A DNA stretch of 64,000 nt, taken from assembly GCA_965649765.1 (NCBI GenBank), contig OZ287752.1, positions 53,630,001-53,694,000 of the forward strand, read 5' to 3'. Position numbers and translations under genes: made by a program. This document shows positions 58,935 through 64,000 of the stretch, piece by piece (the stretch's first letter is position 1; each line of letters starts with the position of its first letter). Below the pieces are notes generated by a model. That model worked only from the letters and a program-made list of their open reading frames with translations, made no database searches and was not told the DNA's origin. Source of the stretch: Bispira polyomma (taxonomy: Eukaryota).

Positions 58935-61389
58935 CATAGACTAATGATAGTAATATTATCTGCAAAATTAATGAAGCTATAAATAGGTTAAACAGGTAAA
59001 CCCAAATAAAATTAAACCATAACATGTGTAGTAATTGTTTTATGAACATGTTTTTAACTTTATAGGTATGCCAAATATTAGAGGGTTTCTTATTGACTCA
59101 GTAACATTTCAGAACATAGATATTTCTTGGACATACACTATCAAGCAAGTTAAAGAAAATCTTGCCAAAAGTTTTGTTAGTTTGACATTCGAGTACAGCC
59201 TTGAGGATAACATTGAGTTCCAAACATATCCCATTAATGGTAAAATCAATGCCATTGCCCAGCAGGTGTCAATTCCTGGTAATTTTGATGGTGGTTCCGC
59301 ATATATTGTGAAGGTACAAGTTTGAAGGAAATAATTTACACGAAACACCAATACCTGGAATTAATCCTCCACCATACAAACCAGGTAAATATGTAAGATT
59401 GATAAATGCCTTAGCTTCGAAAGTTTTGTTTTGAAGACTGACAGTGGAGATGCTTAATCAGAAATGTTACTAGGAATTACAATGAAAATGTTATAATCAG
59501 TAGGGTTGGCTTGATATAACATCCTTATCACTAACTTATTATATTTGAAACAATGCTGAAACTTTATTTATATATTTTTATGTTAACAATAATATATCCA
59601 TTTTATTACAACTGGGCGATAGTAATCAGTAAAACAATGACAATTAAATTATATTAAATGTGAAAATCTTCTTTATTGCTTTATCAATCATATTAAAATG
59701 TGGAAATCTTCTTTATTGTTTTATTAGAAACAACATACCTTTCGGTCGGGACCATTATGGCAATAGTGTTGTCTGTTCTAATAATATTGACAGCTGTTTT
59801 AACTTCCATTTTGCTTTTTCTTGGAGTTATAAAGATTGACATAAATTGGAGAAGGAAAAGTGAAGAGCCTGGGTGAGTTTGTTTTGCTTGATAGTTAAAA
59901 AATTATTAACTACAGTATTTGTAACTTTAAGCATTGTTGTAAGAAGACCACAAAGGCACCATACGACTATTGTACATATTATTAAACTTATAGCACCAGA
60001 TAAAACCTGTTTAGAATTATTACTTTCTGAACAAGAAACAAATGAGTAGGCATTATAATTAATTGTAAATAAGCAATAGCTTTTTATCATCAAATCATAA
60101 TTTTATAAAATTAATTACTCGTTTTGCAGGAATTCAGCCCATGTCTATGAAAGTACTGGTAAGATTTTGTTATTATTTATATCAACATTACTGCATTGTG
60201 GTGACATTATAAGTATTAACTGAATTGATTACCCAGGAAACCAAGTCTTCAATATTATCGTATTACATTAAGGAGTCATATTTCTTTGTTGTGGTATTGA
60301 TTCCTTGTTTTGCAGAACTTTCTGACTGTCAGCCACAAGATAAGCCATATTCTGATCTCCAATTGTATCACAATCAAGGAGACCTAAATACCAGCTCTGA
60401 AACAGACATACATGAAAATGCCCTGTATGAAGTGCTACCATAGAGCTCTATGGATTTTTTTTTTAATATTTTGCTAATTATGTATACAATGGAAATGATG
60501 CAATAATACTGTTTTTTGAACGTCACAGTTACATTATTATGCAAATTGTTGTTATGTATTTGTGCATGTACGTTTAAGTGACAGGCATGTGGAAAACTCT
60601 AAATCTATGTTCCTTAAAAAAAATATGTCAGAGTGAGGTCAATGCAAGGTTTTGTGCAATGTGTGCAAACAGAGAATAATACTGTACAAGTATCGATCAA
60701 TAGTAAAGGTACAATCTATGGGGCTGTCATTAAATTACATGACTATAATTTTTAATATGTTTATGATACAGACCAAAAGTCCACAAGAAACACAAAGTGA
60801 GGCAATGTGATTTCATTATGTCATGGAACTGAATCCTTAATATCAGAATGACATATTAGGATTTTATTGTGGACAATTTACCTGAAGATTAATGCAGTTT
60901 GTAAATTTAGTAGTCTCCAATGCACTATTGCTATAATACATTACGTTTTAACAATAAAATGTGTGGAGTCAGTGTGTTGCATGCAAAGACATACAACTTG
61001 ACAAAATTAGACAAAGCTTTATATCGATTGTATTAGACGTAGATTATACTAGAAAAGCTTCCCAATGCTACAGTTTTTGCAATAACCTTGTTTTAATCTG
61101 CATATTCAGTTTAGCTTCAGTTATCATGGTAGCGATGGTATTAACACATATTTGAGTGTGATATACTAAGGGAATATCACTAAGGAGTTCAGCCTATTTT
61201 AGGTTACCGTAAAGTATGAATAAGCATGTACTAAAAGTTGTAATATATTAGTGAGGAATAAGATTCAAGTTCCCCAAGTACATACAAAAATATGTTATCA
61301 GTATATCAGTAATACATGCAGCAATAAATCGCAAACCTCTTCAGACAAAATTAGGGACTACAGAGGGGTGCTTTTAAACCATAATACAT

Positions 61390-61680
61390 GTCCTATGCCA
61401 CTTTTGATATTGACTTGGCGATAGTCCATATACCTGGAAAAAATTAAGTAATTGCAGATCTCATGTCAAGGTGGTCACAATGTCAGGACTCTGTTACAGT
61501 TATATTGGCTTATTAAGTCTACTGTCTGGTATACGGTTCAACCTCACTATCTAAAAATTGACTATGACATTTAACAATTTTTGCAGCAGGTCTGGAGTCT
61601 GTGGGCAGACTGGCACAGACTCCCTCTAGATTTGTGAGTCATCTAGCCTAGAATTACAGGCTGTCGTGTTGAACATTTTG
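61390..61680 (+). mobile_element. DIRS/Ngaro RNase H C-terminal fragment
   Basis: ATFDIDLAIVHIPGKN*VIADLMSRW. Confidence 0.65.
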
Positions 61681-61701
61681 GAGACTATGAATTAGTATTG
61701 A

Positions 61702-61732
<31 letters not shown>

Positions 61733-62837
61733 ACACACTTCGCCTCCTGTGTTTTGCTGTTTGTAAACAAGCTCCAGTTGCACATAGAAGTCCCAATCAA
61801 TTAATGGACCTATTTTCACTGAATTTTTCACTTTAAACCACTGTAATTTTGTGGATACTCCACATATTTTTTTAATTAATGGCTCAATGTGTAGGTGTAT
61901 GTTATCACCATTTAGTGTTTTATAAATATCAATACAAAATAAATATGTGAAAAACATAACTTTATCATGTCACATAGGGCAATATCACATAATCAATTAA
62001 TGGACCTATTCTGCACCAAGTGAACTTAACACCTGTGTGTGTGTGTTTTCAGTCCACTGTGTCATGCTAACTTTGTACATTGTATAATCCAATTACCATA
62101 TATGGTAATAAATGAACACTACTACATTGTACATCAACATTACACATATATGAAATGACACACACATAATAATCTATATAATTATGGTCCTGAAAAAATA
62201 TTTAAATGTTTTTTCAATTCATATAAATCTCTAAATAAATTTTGGTATGTAAAACATAAGAAACACCACCTTAATAATTTATCTACAGGGATAATTATCT
62301 GTAAATGATCTTGAAAATACATGTATTGGTAGGTTTTGAATAGAATTTTTCATTTTCCAATTGCACAAATTTGCCAATGTACTTTGTTTGAATGAAAAGA
62401 TTAAGTGCAACAAAAGTTTGAGATCATCTGTAATATGAAGACACAAGTGTGTGTTTTTATAGACTATATTCATTTATGGACCAAGTGTAACTTACAGCTA
62501 AATATGTGCATTATATGCCAAAAAATTGTGTACACTCAAACTTCTATTATCTGAATACATGTATTACATTTGTTTCTCCTAGCAATTCATATTTTTTGTT
62601 GTTTTAGACTAAAATACCTCCTATAGATCTGGGCCTATATTCACTAACAGACTTCGACAAGTCTTAGGTTTGAATCTAGTATACTTTTGTGCTAGATTTA
62701 CGCCTGAGAATTAGCTTAAGGGGCGAATTTTGTGTCCGAATCCGCCATCCGATGTCCGTTTCCGTCATCCGAAAAAAATAATAAAATTGAGAAGCTTTTA
62801 TTAATTAAACAGTATTGTATACTAGAAAAAACTACCA

Positions 62838-64000
62838 CAGTCCAATGGTGGTGTGAAAAGTTATAAGTTAATAAGTAAGTTTATTATAAGACAGTAAAAG
62901 ATTGCATTTGAGGTTTTTATTTACATGTTAGCTTATGTACAGGTTGACAATCAAAGTCCGTTAAAATTTCAGGATGGAATTTTAAGCCCCATCACGGCTA
63001 CCATAAAATACAGCCGGGTCAAAAATAAAAACCCATAACAAAGCTAATAATAAGCTAAGAGACAATCACAAATATAAAGAATAGTGTAAACCCCTCAGTC
63101 ACACCAGACTTTGGATTAGAACCAATAAAATAACCTCAAAAGAGGAAAATACATTTAAATACATTGATTACTATAAACATGACTATCATTAACATCACCT
63201 TCAACTAGTTCATTGTGTGAATAATGTACTGTAATATACAACAAAGTTACTTTTGGTGACTAAGATACTAAGAACAATTTCAGGGGATAAACTTCCCTGT
63301 TTACTGTAAATTCTGACATGTATTTGTGATACATGGATACTAATTGACGCTAGGTGATCGTGTACAAAAAGGTGCCCTTGTGGGGACCACACGTGTACCC
63401 AAGTTATCGTCATTGTGTCTAAATTGGTACGTTGTGTTACTTATTCAACAAATGGTATTAACTAGCTCAGTAAGCGTCCCTTGGATCGTTAACTTGAGTC
63501 ATATGAAGCTGACCACTCTAATGTCGCGTATGTTATAACCCCATATGAGTCAATGTTCAACTATGCTTATAAATTGAAAATAAGTCCATGCAAGAGAGAA
63601 CATGCAACGTAGTAACAGCAGGACCCCGGGCCTTGGACACCAACCGCCTAGCAGGGTGAAGTCCAACCTCTCAGAGCCCCTTATTCCACTCTGGAACCCC
63701 AGTGGTGAACTCAGAGGAGGGAGTAAGAAGGAAGGACCCCAGACCCACACGGCCCGGAGCCCGGCCGCCACGTTGCCGTCAAACCTGCCTGGATAACCTT
63801 ATGCATCAGAGAACCTTAAAATTTCTATAAATCCTTAATAACGCTGTGGTAAGGGGAGGTGGTGGGTTTCAATTTTTCTAAATGTCCTGTTCACAGGTGA
63901 AAACACAAATTCAATATGGAGGATAGCTATCCTAGCTTAGGGGTCACTAATAGCTAATGCTGTGATTGGACAAGGCCCAGATGGACAGAAAGTTGGATAA
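62838..64000 (-). mobile_element. Non-coding solo derivative of an Ngaro/DIRS-like element (copy 2, runs off the window)
   Basis: Reverse complement of ~5829-6990; mirrored ORF translations differ at 1/64 and 0/67 residues. Confidence 0.75.

Larger units (their letters stand above)
51257..60443 (+). pseudogene. Gene B: inverted paralogue of gene A (7 Ig + 2 FN3 + TM + short Tyr-motif tail), disrupted
   Basis: Exons ~51300-51807, 52162-52448, 52809-52929, 53330-53478, 56203-56475, 56673-56969, 57117-57488, 57674-57940, 58260-58601, 59066-59384, 59728-59872, 60130-60158, 60316-60443. Lesions: 148-bp duplication in Ig1, 1-nt deletion ~52375, lost splice sites at 52807/52930, TAA at 58451, 2-nt deletion ~59323. 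Confidence 0.88.

Noticed and set aside
59827-60093. Minus-strand hydrophobic ORF
   Set aside because: Antisense to gene B intron/TM exon; no supporting exon chain.
62630-62780. Possible MITE end (GGGCCTATATTCAC...TCCG repeats)
   Set aside because: No matching second terminus in the window.

Overview
AT-rich, intron-containing animal DNA (invertebrate-like repeat content). The window holds a cluster of three immunoglobulin-superfamily membrane-protein genes among degenerate transposons. Gene A (minus, 9549-26925; 20 coding exons assembled by hand with consistent splice phases, ~1197 aa) encodes signal peptide + 7 Ig + 2 FN3 + TM + a long Tyr-rich tail (ITIM VTYAEV, ITSM TVYTQI, YDDV, PPPY). 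Gene C (plus, 27371-29306, 295 aa: signal peptide + 2 Ig-like + TM + 8-aa tail) sits head-to-head with A, ATGs ~445 bp apart. Gene B (plus, ~51257-60443) is a pseudogenised inverted paralogue of A. It shares the Ig1-FN3a block with A but has a diverged second FN3 and an unrelated TM and ITAM-like tail. Together these look like a paired inhibitory/activating receptor locus with a linked candidate ligand (inference). Mobile DNA: a 5.3-kb PIF/Harbinger inserted in a tail exon of A, Harbinger MITEs, a Gypsy remnant and a solo LTR, an Ngaro-type tyrosine-recombinase retrotransposon with split direct repeats, two near-identical inverted solo derivatives of a related element bracketing the cluster, a Helentron-type HINE, a tRNA-SINE, and an L1/Tx1-type LINE whose ORF1 carries a NADAR (YbiA-like) domain. 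All coordinates and alignments were read by eye.
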